Source: Solirubrobacteraceae bacterium (GTDB taxonomy: Bacteria; Actinomycetota; Thermoleophilia; Solirubrobacterales; Solirubrobacteraceae). From it: a DNA stretch of 25,613 nt. The stretch is from positions 1-25,613 of the forward strand of contig DASZOA010000051.1 of assembly GCA_035551055.1 (NCBI GenBank). Reading direction: 5' to 3'. Shown in pieces: positions 7,991-16,447 of the stretch (position 1 is its first letter; each line of letters opens with the position of its first letter). A model generated the notes under the pieces. It was not told the origin of the DNA, did no database searches, and worked only from the letters and a program-made list of their open reading frames with translations. A program made the position numbers and the translations under genes.

Positions 7991-8028
7991 GCGGTCCGGC
8001 TGGACGGGCGGCTACGGTGGGCGGGTCG

Positions 8029-10191
8029 ATGAAGCTCGCCTCGCACCGCCCGAACATCGAGCTGCACGGCCGCGGCGACGAGCAGATCGTCGTGCTCGCC
8101 TTCCCGTACGACGAGCGCATCGTCCACGTCGTGCGCGGCATCCCCGGGCGGCGCTTCGACTGGGACCGGCGGGAGTGGTGGGCGCCGGTCGACGACTGGG
8201 TCGGCGTCCACGTCGCGGAGGTCATCGCGCGCTTCCCGGAGCTGTCGCCCTCCGACGAGGTGCTCGAGTGGCTGGCGGCGATCGAGCGCCGCTGGGTCGG
8301 CAGCGTCGGCGCGGTGCGCTACGACGGCCGCGGCTGGTGGACGCTGACCACCCGCGCCGGCGAGCCGCCGGCGGCGCTGCTGGAGAGCTCGGTGCCGCGC
8401 GGCGACGCGATCCTCGCGCCGCTGACGCGCGCCGGCGCCGAGGCGCTCGACGAGCAGGACGCCGTCCGGCTGGAGCCGGGCGCGCGGCGCTGCGTCGAGG
8501 CGCTGCTGTCCGGCGTCGACGAGCCGCCGCCGGCGCGGCTCACGGCGGCGCGGACGTTCGACGGCGAGCGGCTGCGGCTCGACGTGCTGTGGGATCCCGA
8601 CGCCGGCCGGGCGTTCGGGCGCCTGCCCGGCGCCGACGAGCGCAGCCGCACCCTGCCGATCGACCCGTGGATCGTCGAGCCGCTGGACGCGTTTCTCGCC
8701 GCGTTCGGCGTCGCGGTCGACGCCGCTGGCCGTGACGCGCTGGAGCGGCTGCGCGCCGAGCACGCGGCGGCGCGCGAAGCGATCCGGCGCTCGCGCGCCG
8801 CGGACGGCGAGCCGATCGCCGCGGTCGGCGCCGTGCTGGGCGGCGAGCTGGCGCCGTTTCAGTGGGCGGGCGTGCGCTACGCGCTCGACGCGCGGCGCTG
8901 CTTTCTCGCCGACGAGCAGGGACTGGGCAAGACCGTCGAGGCGCTCGCGACGCTCGAGGCCGACGTCGCGTTTCCGGCGGTCGTCGTCTGCCCGGCCTCG
9001 CTGAAGCTCAACTGGCAGCGCGAGTGTGCGCGCTGGCTGCCCCACCGCAGCGTCGCGCTGGTGGAGGGCCGCGGCGCGCCGCCGGCGGTCGCCGACATCA
9101 CGATCCTCAACTACGAGGTCGTCGCCGACCACCGCGCGGCGCTGGCGCGGCGGGCACCGCGCGCGCTCGTCGTCGACGAGTCGCACTACGTCAAGAACCC
9201 GCAGGCCAAGCGCACGCAGGCGGTGCGGCGGCTGGGCGGCGCGGTCGCGGCCGACGGGCTGCGACTGGCGCTGAGCGGCACGCCGGTGCTCAACCGCGCC
9301 GAGGAGCTCGTCTCGCAGCTGCGCGTCATCGGCCGCCTTGAGGACTTCGGCTCGGGCGCGCAGTTCGCCCGCCGCTTCCGCGGCGAGCTGTCCGAGGAGC
9401 GGCTGCACTGGCACCTGCGCCGGCGCTGCTTCGTGCGGCGGCTGAAGTCCGAGGTGCTGCCCCAGCTGCCGGCCAAGCGCCAGGTCGTCGTACCGGTGGC
9501 GCTGGCGAACGCCGGCGAGTACCGGCTGGCCGAGGAGGACGTGATCGCGTGGCTGCGCTCGCAGCCGCTGGACCTGCGCGAGCTCGAGGCGAAGATCGCC
9601 GCGACGCTGCGCGCGCAGCGGCTCGCGCAGCTCGGCACGCTGCAGCGGCTCGCCGCGCGCGGCAAGCTCGCCGCCGCGCTGACGTGGATCGCCGACTTCC
9701 TGGAGTCCGGCGAGCCGCTCGTCGTCTTCGCGCGTCACGTCGAGGTGCAGGAGGCGCTGCTCGAGCGCTTCCCGGCGGCGGTGCACCTGCTCGGCCGCGA
9801 TTCGGCGGCGGCGCGCGAGGCGGCGGTCCGGGCCTTCCAGGCCGCCGACGGACCGCAGCTGCTCGTCGGCGCGACCCGCGTCGCCGCGCAGGGGATCACG
9901 CTGACGCGCGCGTCGAACGTCGCGTTCCTGGAGCTCGAGTGGACGCCGGCGCTGCACGACCAGGCCGAGGATCGCTGCCACCGGATCGGCCAGCACGACG
10001 CCGTCACCGCGTGGTACCTGCTCGCGGCGGAGACGATCGACGAGACGATGGCGGCGCTGATCCAGCGCAAGCGCGGCGTCGTCACGGCGGTGACCGACGG
10101 CCGCCGGCTCGACGACGACGGGCTCGTCGAGGCCGTCGTGCGCGAGCTGCGCGAGGGCCGCCCGCTGCGTCGTCTGAGGCCGGTGGCCTAG
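8029..10191 (+). CDS. SNF2-family (SMARCAL1/HARP-like) helicase-ATPase, 720 aa
   Basis: Motif I ADEQGLGKT, VVCPASLKLNW, motif II VDESH, III LSGTP..N, V G..LT.AS...F.E..W.P, VI QAEDRCHRIGQ. N-term FPYD.....VRGIPGRRFD...REW is HARP-like. Confidence 0.9.
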   Translation: MKLASHRPNIELHGRGDEQIVVLAFPYDERIVHVVRGIPGRRFDWDRREWWAPVDDWVGVHVAEVIARFPELSPSDEVLEWLAAIERRWVGSVGAVRYDGRGWWTLTTRAGEPPAALLESSVPRGDAILAPLTRAGAEALDEQDAVRLEPGARRCVEALLSGVDEPPPARLTAARTFDGERLRLDVLWDPDAGRAFGRLPGADERSRTLPIDPWIVEPLDAFLAAFGVAVDAAGRDALERLRAEHAAAREAIRRSRAADGEPIAAVGAVLGGELAPFQWAGVRYALDARRCFLADEQGLGKTVEALATLEADVAFPAVVVCPASLKLNWQRECARWLPHRSVALVEGRGAPPAVADITILNYEVVADHRAALARRAPRALVVDESHYVKNPQAKRTQAVRRLGGAVAADGLRLALSGTPVLNRAEELVSQLRVIGRLEDFGSGAQFARRFRGELSEERLHWHLRRRCFVRRLKSEVLPQLPAKRQVVVPVALANAGEYRLAEEDVIAWLRSQPLDLRELEAKIAATLRAQRLAQLGTLQRLAARGKLAAALTWIADFLESGEPLVVFARHVEVQEALLERFPAAVHLLGRDSAAAREAAVRAFQAADGPQLLVGATRVAAQGITLTRASNVAFLELEWTPALHDQAEDRCHRIGQHDAVTAWYLLAAETIDETMAALIQRKRGVVTAVTDGRRLDDDGLVEAVVRELREGRPLRRLRPVA

Positions 10192-10409
10192 CCACGGGGC
10201 GAGCGGTGTACCGGGTGACCGACGGCCGGCGCGCGGCGGGCCGGTCCCCGGGCACGGCAACGCGCGAGCGGCGTTAGCGTGCTCGAGCGACACCTCGAGC
10301 CGCTGGCGGCGCCCACGTGGCACTCGAGCACATGGCGCCGAAGTTGCGAAGGAAGCCGCCTTGGGGCAAGCTGCGGCCGCATGCCCCCGAGAGACCGCCT
10401 GCTATCGCG

Positions 10410-11357
10410 ATGAAGGTCGTCGTCGCCCGCACGCTTCCGGCGGCCGGCCTGGACAAGCTGACCGCGCGGTTCGACGTCGAGGTCGGCGGGCTGCCGTTCG
10501 ACCGCGACTGGCTCTACGAGCACGCGCCGGGCGCCAGCGCGATCGTCGCCGACCCGACGGTGCCCGTGCAGGGCGACCTGCTCGACCGCGCCGGCGACTC
10601 GCTCGAGGTCGTCGCGAACTTCGCCGTCGGCTTCGACAACATCGACACCGACGCCGTGCGCGAGCGCGGCCTGCGCGCCACGAACACGCCCAAGGTGCTG
10701 ACGAACGCGACGGCCGAGCTGGCGGTCGCGCTCATGCTGGCGGCCGGCCGGCGGATCGTCGAGACCGACCAGATCTTCCGCCGCGGCGAGTGGGTCGGCT
10801 GGGAGCCCGAGCAGTTTCTCGGCCGCGAGCTGAGCGGCGCCACCGTCGGGCTCGTCGGCTTCGGGCGCATCGGCCAGCGCGTCGCCGAGCTGCTGGCCGG
10901 CTTCGAGCCCAGGCTCGTCTTCGCCGACGCCCACCCGATGGACGAGGCGGCCGCGCGGTTCGGCGCGCAGCGGATGGACCTCGACGAGCTGCTGGCGGTC
11001 TCGGACTACGTGAGCCTGCACGTCACCCTCACGCCCGACACGAAGCACATGATCAACGCCGAGACGCTCGCGCGGTGCAAGCCCGGCGCGATCCTCGTCA
11101 ACACGTGCCGCGGCGGCGTCGTCGACACCGCCGCGCTCGTCGATGCGCTGCGCCACGGGCCGCTGGCCGCGGCCGGCCTGGACGTCTACGAGAACGAGCC
11201 GACCGTGCCCGAGGATCTCGTGAAGCTGCCCAACACCGTCCTCGTCCCGCACATCGGCTCGGCGACGCGGATGACGCGCGACGCGATGGCGACGCTGTGC
11301 GCCGACAACGTCATCGCCGTCCTGGCCGGCGAGGAGCCGCCGACGCCGGTCGTGTAG
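10410..11357 (+). CDS. D-isomer-specific 2-hydroxyacid dehydrogenase (glyoxylate reductase/D-glycerate dehydrogenase-like), 315 aa
   Basis: AVGFDNID, TNTP.VLT.ATAE, GLVGFGRIG Rossmann motif, catalytic R (RGGVVD), E (YENEP), H (PHIGSA). Confidence 0.92.
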   Translation: MKVVVARTLPAAGLDKLTARFDVEVGGLPFDRDWLYEHAPGASAIVADPTVPVQGDLLDRAGDSLEVVANFAVGFDNIDTDAVRERGLRATNTPKVLTNATAELAVALMLAAGRRIVETDQIFRRGEWVGWEPEQFLGRELSGATVGLVGFGRIGQRVAELLAGFEPRLVFADAHPMDEAAARFGAQRMDLDELLAVSDYVSLHVTLTPDTKHMINAETLARCKPGAILVNTCRGGVVDTAALVDALRHGPLAAAGLDVYENEPTVPEDLVKLPNTVLVPHIGSATRMTRDAMATLCADNVIAVLAGEEPPTPVV

Positions 11358-11374
11358 GCCGCCGCCCGCGGGGT

Positions 11375-11401
11375 GCAGGAATCCCTGCCGGGTGCCGATA
11401 C
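11375..11401 (+). promoter_or_regulatory. Sigma28-like promoter candidate GCAGG-N14-GCCGATAC
   Basis: Same gtGCCGATA core and 14-nt spacing as the motif upstream of the PilB-like gene. The -35 is weak. Confidence 0.35.
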
Positions 11402-11421
11402 CTGGGCCAGGAGCCCGGGCC

Positions 11422-11517
11422 ATGCTGTCGATCGCCATCATCTTCTCGCTGCTCGTCGCGCTCTGGGGCTGGATCGGATCGCGCGCGACGACTGATGCAC
11501 CGGCCGAGTCCGCATGA
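11422..11517 (+). CDS. Small single-TM peptide, 31 aa (MLSIAIIFSLLVALWGWIGSRATTDAPAESA)
   Basis: AGGAG SD 8 nt before the ATG, GC3-rich codons over the hydrophobic stretch, 19-residue hydrophobic helix. Absent from the supplied ORF track (below its size cut-off). Confidence 0.6.
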   Translation: MLSIAIIFSLLVALWGWIGSRATTDAPAESA

Positions 11518-11574
11518 CCTCGTGCAGCGCTTCGCCCGCGCGCGGCCGGGGGCTAGGTTGCCCCGTCGCCCGTC

Positions 11575-12582
11575 ATGCATCGACGCCTGTGCGGACCCAT
11601 CCTCCTGCTCGCCGTCCTCGCCGGGGCGCTCGCGGACGCGCCCGCGATCGGGCAGCGCAGCGAGGGCGAGCTGCGCAACCGGATCGACGCCGCGCGCGAC
11701 CGCGAGCGATCGCTGGCCGGCTCCGTCGCGCGGCTCGGCCGCCTGGAGCGCGCGACAGCGCGCGAGGTCGCGATCCTCGAACGGCGCGTCGCCGCCGCCC
11801 AGGCCGAGCTCGCGCAGGCCGAGCGCGTGCTCGCGGCAACCGTGCAGCGGCGCGACCGCCAGCGCGCGCGGGCGCTGCGCCTGCGGGCGCGCCTGGGCGA
11901 GTCGCGCGCGCAGCTCGCCAAGCTCCTGCGCCAGCGCTACACCGGCGGGCGGCCGGACATCGTGACCGTCGTGCTGCACGCCGACGGCTTCGCACGGCTG
12001 CTGGAGACCGTCGACTTCCTCAAGCGCATCCAGGCCCAGGACGAGCGGATCCTCGCCACTGTCAGGGTCGCACGGCGCGACGCGCTCGCCCAGCGGCGCG
12101 TGCTGACGAAGCTCGCCGCACAGCGGCAGGCCGCGGCTGACGCCGTGCGACGGCGGCACACGGCCCTGGCGGCGATCGCCGCCGGGCTGCACGAGCGCCG
12201 TGCCGCGCTCGCCCAGGCGCGACGGACGCGCGCGGCGCTCCTGCGTGGCACGCGTGCGAGCCGCCGCCGCGCACAGCGCTCGCTGGACCGGCTGCTGGCG
12301 CAGCGCGCGCGGGCGCTGCGAGCGGTCGGCCCGGGCGGGCCGTGGGCGATCCCGTGGCCCGTCGTGCAATGCGAGTCGGGCGGGCAGAACCTGCCGCCCA
12401 ACTCGGCGGGCGCGTCGGGCTTCTACCAGTTCCTGCCGGACACCTGGCGCGGGCTGGGCGGCTCGACGCCGCACGCCCACCTCGCGCCGAAGGCCGAGCA
12501 GGACCGTCTCGCCGCGCAACTGTGGAACGGCGGCCGCGGCGCGCACAACTGGGTCTGCGCGGCGCTCGTCGGCAGCGCGTGA
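11575..12582 (+). CDS. Secreted coiled-coil protein with C-terminal Rpf/transglycosylase-like domain, 335 aa
   Basis: Signal peptide, long coiled coil (PcsB/CwlO-like, with ..L.ADGF..LL...DFL..I), then V.QCESGG, GASGFYQF...TW..LGG, AP.AEQD..A..L...G...W.C. -10 TAGGTT at 11554-11559. Confidence 0.85.
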   Translation: MHRRLCGPILLLAVLAGALADAPAIGQRSEGELRNRIDAARDRERSLAGSVARLGRLERATAREVAILERRVAAAQAELAQAERVLAATVQRRDRQRARALRLRARLGESRAQLAKLLRQRYTGGRPDIVTVVLHADGFARLLETVDFLKRIQAQDERILATVRVARRDALAQRRVLTKLAAQRQAAADAVRRRHTALAAIAAGLHERRAALAQARRTRAALLRGTRASRRRAQRSLDRLLAQRARALRAVGPGGPWAIPWPVVQCESGGQNLPPNSAGASGFYQFLPDTWRGLGGSTPHAHLAPKAEQDRLAAQLWNGGRGAHNWVCAALVGSA

Positions 12583-12619
12583 GGCGGCGCGCGTGGCCCG
12601 TCACCCGGCTCATCCGCAC

Positions 12620-13867
12620 ATGCGTCTGACACGCCGCGCGGTCGTCGCGGCGGCGATCGGCGCCCTGGGTCTCGCCGGCGCCCCGGCCGGCGCGCAGGCG
12701 CCGCCCCCGCACGTCGAGCGTCACTTCTTCGCCGCCGACGCAACCCAGGCCGGAGTCATCAGCCTGCACTTCTTCGGCGCGCGCGGCGCGCCGGTGACGT
12801 TCTACGAGCGCGTGGGAAGCACGCTGCGGCGACTGGGCGCGAAGGCGTCGGCGAGCGATCCCACGGTGCTGCGCGACGCCGCGACCTGGCGCTGCGACCG
12901 GCTCGTACGCCGCTTCGCGGCCGGCGCGCCGCTCGCCGGCGGACGGCTCGCCGTGGGCGAGTACAGCGTCCGCACGGCGTCCTGCAAGACCCGGCTGGAG
13001 CTCGCGGTCCCGCGCCGCCTCGCGCCCGGCGAGGTCGGCCGCATCCGCGTCCGCGACCGCTGGGGCAACGGCGGCCTTCGCGCGCGGCTGTGCCTCACCC
13101 CGCCGCACGACCCGCGCACGTGCGACCGGGTCCGCCTGCGCCGCGCGATCTCGGTGGCGACCCGCCGCGTGCGCCCACGCGAGACCGGGCGCTGGCGCGT
13201 CGAGCTGCGCTTCCGTGGCCACCGCCTGCGCCGCTCGATCGCCGTCGGGTCGCGGGTGCGGGCGGCGGCCCCGCCGCCGACGGTGCTCGCGACCGGCGAC
13301 TCCACGATGCAGGGGATCGACACGTTCCTGGCCGACGAGCTCGGCGACGCCGCCAAGGTCCACAGCGACATCCGCCCCGGCACCGGCATCGCCAAGCCGT
13401 TCGGCCCGTGGGCGACGCTGGCCAGGACACAGACCAGGCGCCTGCGCCAGGCCGCGACCGTCGCCTCGCTGGGAATCGTCGACCGCTTCCCGCTGACCAC
13501 CGGCGAGACGCGGCTGGAGTGCTGCGGACCGGGCTGGATCGCCGAGTACGCGCGCCGGCTGCGCGCGATGATGCAGACCTATCGGCGCGGCGGGCACGCG
13601 CGCGTGCTCTGGCTGACGCTGCCGCTGCCGCAGGGACCGCGCGACCTCGCCGACGCCGTGAACCTCGCGGTCGTGCACGCGGCCCGCGGCCTCGTCGGGG
13701 TCGGCGTCCTGCGGCTGGACCTCGTCTTCACTCCGGAGGGGTTTCGCGAGGTCATGCCCTACCGCGGGCGCCTCGTCGACGTGCGCGAGGAGGACGGCAT
13801 CCACCTGAACATCACGGGCACGGCGATCGCCGCCAAGCTCGTCGCCGAGGCGCTGCGGCGGCGCTGA
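12620..13867 (+). CDS. Secreted SGNH-fold protein (DUF459-like acyltransferase/esterase domain) with long beta-rich N-terminal region, 415 aa
   Basis: Signal MRLTRRAVVAAAIGALGLAGAPAGAQA. Block I ATGDSTMQG, V.WL.LP, block V DGIH. Confidence 0.75.
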   Translation: MRLTRRAVVAAAIGALGLAGAPAGAQAPPPHVERHFFAADATQAGVISLHFFGARGAPVTFYERVGSTLRRLGAKASASDPTVLRDAATWRCDRLVRRFAAGAPLAGGRLAVGEYSVRTASCKTRLELAVPRRLAPGEVGRIRVRDRWGNGGLRARLCLTPPHDPRTCDRVRLRRAISVATRRVRPRETGRWRVELRFRGHRLRRSIAVGSRVRAAAPPPTVLATGDSTMQGIDTFLADELGDAAKVHSDIRPGTGIAKPFGPWATLARTQTRRLRQAATVASLGIVDRFPLTTGETRLECCGPGWIAEYARRLRAMMQTYRRGGHARVLWLTLPLPQGPRDLADAVNLAVVHAARGLVGVGVLRLDLVFTPEGFREVMPYRGRLVDVREEDGIHLNITGTAIAAKLVAEALRRR

Positions 13868-13926
13868 GCAGCCGCGCCCAGGGGCGGTGCGCGGCATCCG
13901 GGTCTGGGTGATAGATACTGCCCGCC

Positions 13927-15096
13927 ATGCGCCGCCGGCCGCTGACCACGGCGCTGTGCGCGCTCCTGGCGACGCTGGCGCTGCCGGCGATCGCCGCGGC
14001 CGCCGGCCCCCGCCCGTACGTCGCGCTCGGCGACTCCTACACGGCTGCCCCGCTCGTGCCCGACCAGGTGGGGCGGCCGGCCGGCTGCGGGCGGTCGAAC
14101 CGCAACTACCCGTCGATCGTCGCGGCGGCGACCGGCGCCGCATCGTTTCGCGACGTGAGCTGCTCGTCGGCGACGACCCGGCAGATGACCGCGGCCCAGC
14201 CGGTCGCGTTCGGCACGAACCCGCCGCAGTTCGACGCGCTGCGGTCCGACGCGCAGCTCGTCACGATCGGGATCGGCGGCAACGACGTCGGCCTGGTCGG
14301 CGCCGCGACGACGTGCCTGCGGCTCGGCCTGCTCGCGCCGAGCGGCCGCGCCTGCCGCACAAGCTTCGCGCGGCCGGGCGGCGGCGACGCGCTCGTCGAT
14401 CGGATCGCGGCGACGGCACCGAAGATCGCGGCGACGCTGCAGGCGATCCACGCGCGCGCGCCGCGGGCACGGGTGCTGATCGTCGGCTACCCGGCCGTTG
14501 CGCCGACCCGCGGCCGCGGCTGCTACCCGCTCGTGCCGCTCTCGCACGACGACGTCGCGTACCTCGACGAGATGCTGCGCCGCACGAACGCCATGCTCGC
14601 TGCGCAGGCTGCGGACAACGACGCCGAGTACGTCGACACGTACGTCGAGAGCGTTGGCCACGACGTCTGCACCCCGCCCGGCACGCGCTGGTTCGAGGGG
14701 CTCGTGCCGACCTCGCCGGCGTACCCGATCCACCCCAACGCGCTCGGCGAGGCAAGCATGGCGCGCTCGGTCCTGCGCGTGCTCGGCCACGCCCGTCCGG
14801 CTGCGCTGCTGGGCCCACTGCGGCGCTCGCGGCGCACGATCGCGGCGGGCCGCGCGCTGCGCATCTCCTTCACCCTCAGCCGTCCGGCACGCGTGACGCT
14901 CGGGCTGCAGCGCTCGCGCGGCGGGGGGCGCTACACGCGCCCGCGCCGCCTGGTCGCCGTCGACGCGGACGCCGGCGACAACACGGTGACGCTCTCGCCG
15001 CGGCGGCTCGGCCGGCGGCCGGGGCTGTACCGCGTCACCGCGCAGCCTGCCGCGGGCGCGGCGCGCGTCGTCCACGTGCGCATCCGCCGGCGGTGA
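13927..15096 (+). CDS. Secreted SGNH/GDSL lipase-esterase (Streptomyces type) with C-terminal Ig-like domain, 389 aa
   Basis: YVALGDSY, C.RS..NYP, DVSCS.AT, Q..AL, VTIGIGGND, A.V..VGYP, GH..C, HPN..G. The C-terminal tail is beta-strand rich. Confidence 0.9.
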   Translation: MRRRPLTTALCALLATLALPAIAAAAGPRPYVALGDSYTAAPLVPDQVGRPAGCGRSNRNYPSIVAAATGAASFRDVSCSSATTRQMTAAQPVAFGTNPPQFDALRSDAQLVTIGIGGNDVGLVGAATTCLRLGLLAPSGRACRTSFARPGGGDALVDRIAATAPKIAATLQAIHARAPRARVLIVGYPAVAPTRGRGCYPLVPLSHDDVAYLDEMLRRTNAMLAAQAADNDAEYVDTYVESVGHDVCTPPGTRWFEGLVPTSPAYPIHPNALGEASMARSVLRVLGHARPAALLGPLRRSRRTIAAGRALRISFTLSRPARVTLGLQRSRGGGRYTRPRRLVAVDADAGDNTVTLSPRRLGRRPGLYRVTAQPAAGAARVVHVRIRRR

Positions 15097-15168
15097 GGCG
15101 TTCGACGATGCGCCGCCGTGGCGCCCATGCGCCGCCGGCGCGGCGGGCGCCTGCGGCGCCGCGACCGG

Positions 15169-16380
15169 CTACCTGCGGCTGCCGCCGCGCGAGCTCCGGC
15201 GCATCGCCTTCAGCGTCACGCGCGAGCGGTCGCCGGTCCGCACGACGACCCGCGCGCGCTTCTTGGCGGCGGCACTGAGCGCGCGCCGCCCGCCGGAGGT
15301 CTGGCGCAGATAGGACCAGACCCGCGCCGCGTTGACCTCGCCGCGCAGCTTGACGCTCGTCGTGCGCCAGGCGTCGACGTCGGCCGGCAGCGACCGGCCC
15401 TGCCGGCGGGCCAGGCAGCGCAACCCGCTGGCGAGGCCCTGCGGACCGGTCTCGGCCACCGAGCGCGTCACCCGAGAGCAGCCGGTGCGGGCCGCCTGTC
15501 GCTCCGCGTTGCGCGCGGCGACGGCGCGGTCGGCGAACGACCCGATCCCGGCCATGTACTGCGCGCGCCCGGCCTCGGACACCGTGCCGTGCATGAACTG
15601 GGTCGTGGGGTCGTTCTTGTCGCCCGGCTCGAGCTCGATGAGCTGCGTCGTCGGGCGCGCGGTCTTGACGAGCTGGGCGTGGACGCCGGTGACGAGCTCG
15701 TCGTCGGCCTCGTGAACGAGCAGCACGTCGGCGCGGATCGCGGGCGCGAGCGACGCGACGTTCCACGGCGCGGTCTGCTCGGGCGTCGTCCCGAACAGGC
15801 GCCTGATCTGACTGGCGACGAGCTTGACGCGCGCGTCGCTGCTCGCCTCCGCCTCGGCGTTGTAGAGCAGCAGGTCGGTCGGCGTGCCGACGCCGATGAC
15901 GCAGTCGATCGCGCGCAGCTTCGAGGCCGCCATGAGCGCGAGGTGCGCGCCGGAGGACTCGCCGTAGACGCACAGCGGACCGTCGCTCGTGCCCCGCGCA
16001 AGCTCGGCGCCGGCGGCGTCGAGGACGTCCTGCAGGCCGGCGGTGCCCTCGTCGTAGTCGATCGATACGACGCGCCAGCCGCGCGCGAGGAACAGGTTGC
16101 CGGGGTCCTTGAGCAGCTCGCCCTGCGCGTAGCCGTCGTGCCCGGCCCAGCCGCCGGCGTGGACGAGGATCATCGTCCCGCGCGCGGGACCGGCGGGATC
16201 GGCGCTCACCGGCTCCTGGACGGGCGGGATCACGGGCGTCGGGGGCGGCTTGGGCCGTAGGATCGGCAGCTTGAACGGCAGCGCGGCCTGGGCCGGGGCG
16301 GCCTGCAGCGCGAACGCGCCGGCGAACGCGAGCAGGGCCAGCAGCACGACGACGGCGGGACGTGGGAGCGAACGCGGCAT
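15169..16380 (-). CDS. Secreted alpha/beta hydrolase (HSL-like esterase), 403 aa
   Basis: Signal peptide from ATG 16380, ILVHAGGW oxyanion motif, GESSGAHLA nucleophile elbow, candidate Asp (ADDELV) and His (FMHG). Basic C-terminal extension. Confidence 0.8.
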   Translation of the reverse strand: MPRSLPRPAVVVLLALLAFAGAFALQAAPAQAALPFKLPILRPKPPPTPVIPPVQEPVSADPAGPARGTMILVHAGGWAGHDGYAQGELLKDPGNLFLARGWRVVSIDYDEGTAGLQDVLDAAGAELARGTSDGPLCVYGESSGAHLALMAASKLRAIDCVIGVGTPTDLLLYNAEAEASSDARVKLVASQIRRLFGTTPEQTAPWNVASLAPAIRADVLLVHEADDELVTGVHAQLVKTARPTTQLIELEPGDKNDPTTQFMHGTVSEAGRAQYMAGIGSFADRAVAARNAERQAARTGCSRVTRSVAETGPQGLASGLRCLARRQGRSLPADVDAWRTTSVKLRGEVNAARVWSYLRQTSGGRRALSAAAKKRARVVVRTGDRSRVTLKAMRRSSRGGSRR

Positions 16381-16447
16381 GTCCCGCTCTTCGGACGCCG
16401 CGCTGCGCTCGCTGAGCGTGCGCGCCCGCGCCTCGGCGATCGTCGGG

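Noticed and set aside
7900-10323. 807-aa minus-strand ORF and similar long overlapping ORFs (e.g. 5871-7739, 12062-14143, 22817-24556, 10361-11965)
   Set aside because: Antisense or alternative-frame shadows of well-supported genes. Stop codons are rare at this GC content and the translations are low-complexity R/A/P/G.
10317-10409. Longer start for the 2-hydroxyacid dehydrogenase (MALEHMAPK...)
   Set aside because: The extension has no family-like character. Homology-type sequence begins at MKVVVART (10410).
13925-15139. 15-nt direct repeat ccatgcgccgccggc flanking the SGNH lipase gene (13925 and 15125)
   Set aside because: At this GC level a rough estimate (match probability about 0.31 per base) predicts several 15-mer matches by chance in 25 kb. 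No mobility gene or compositional shift supports an insertion.
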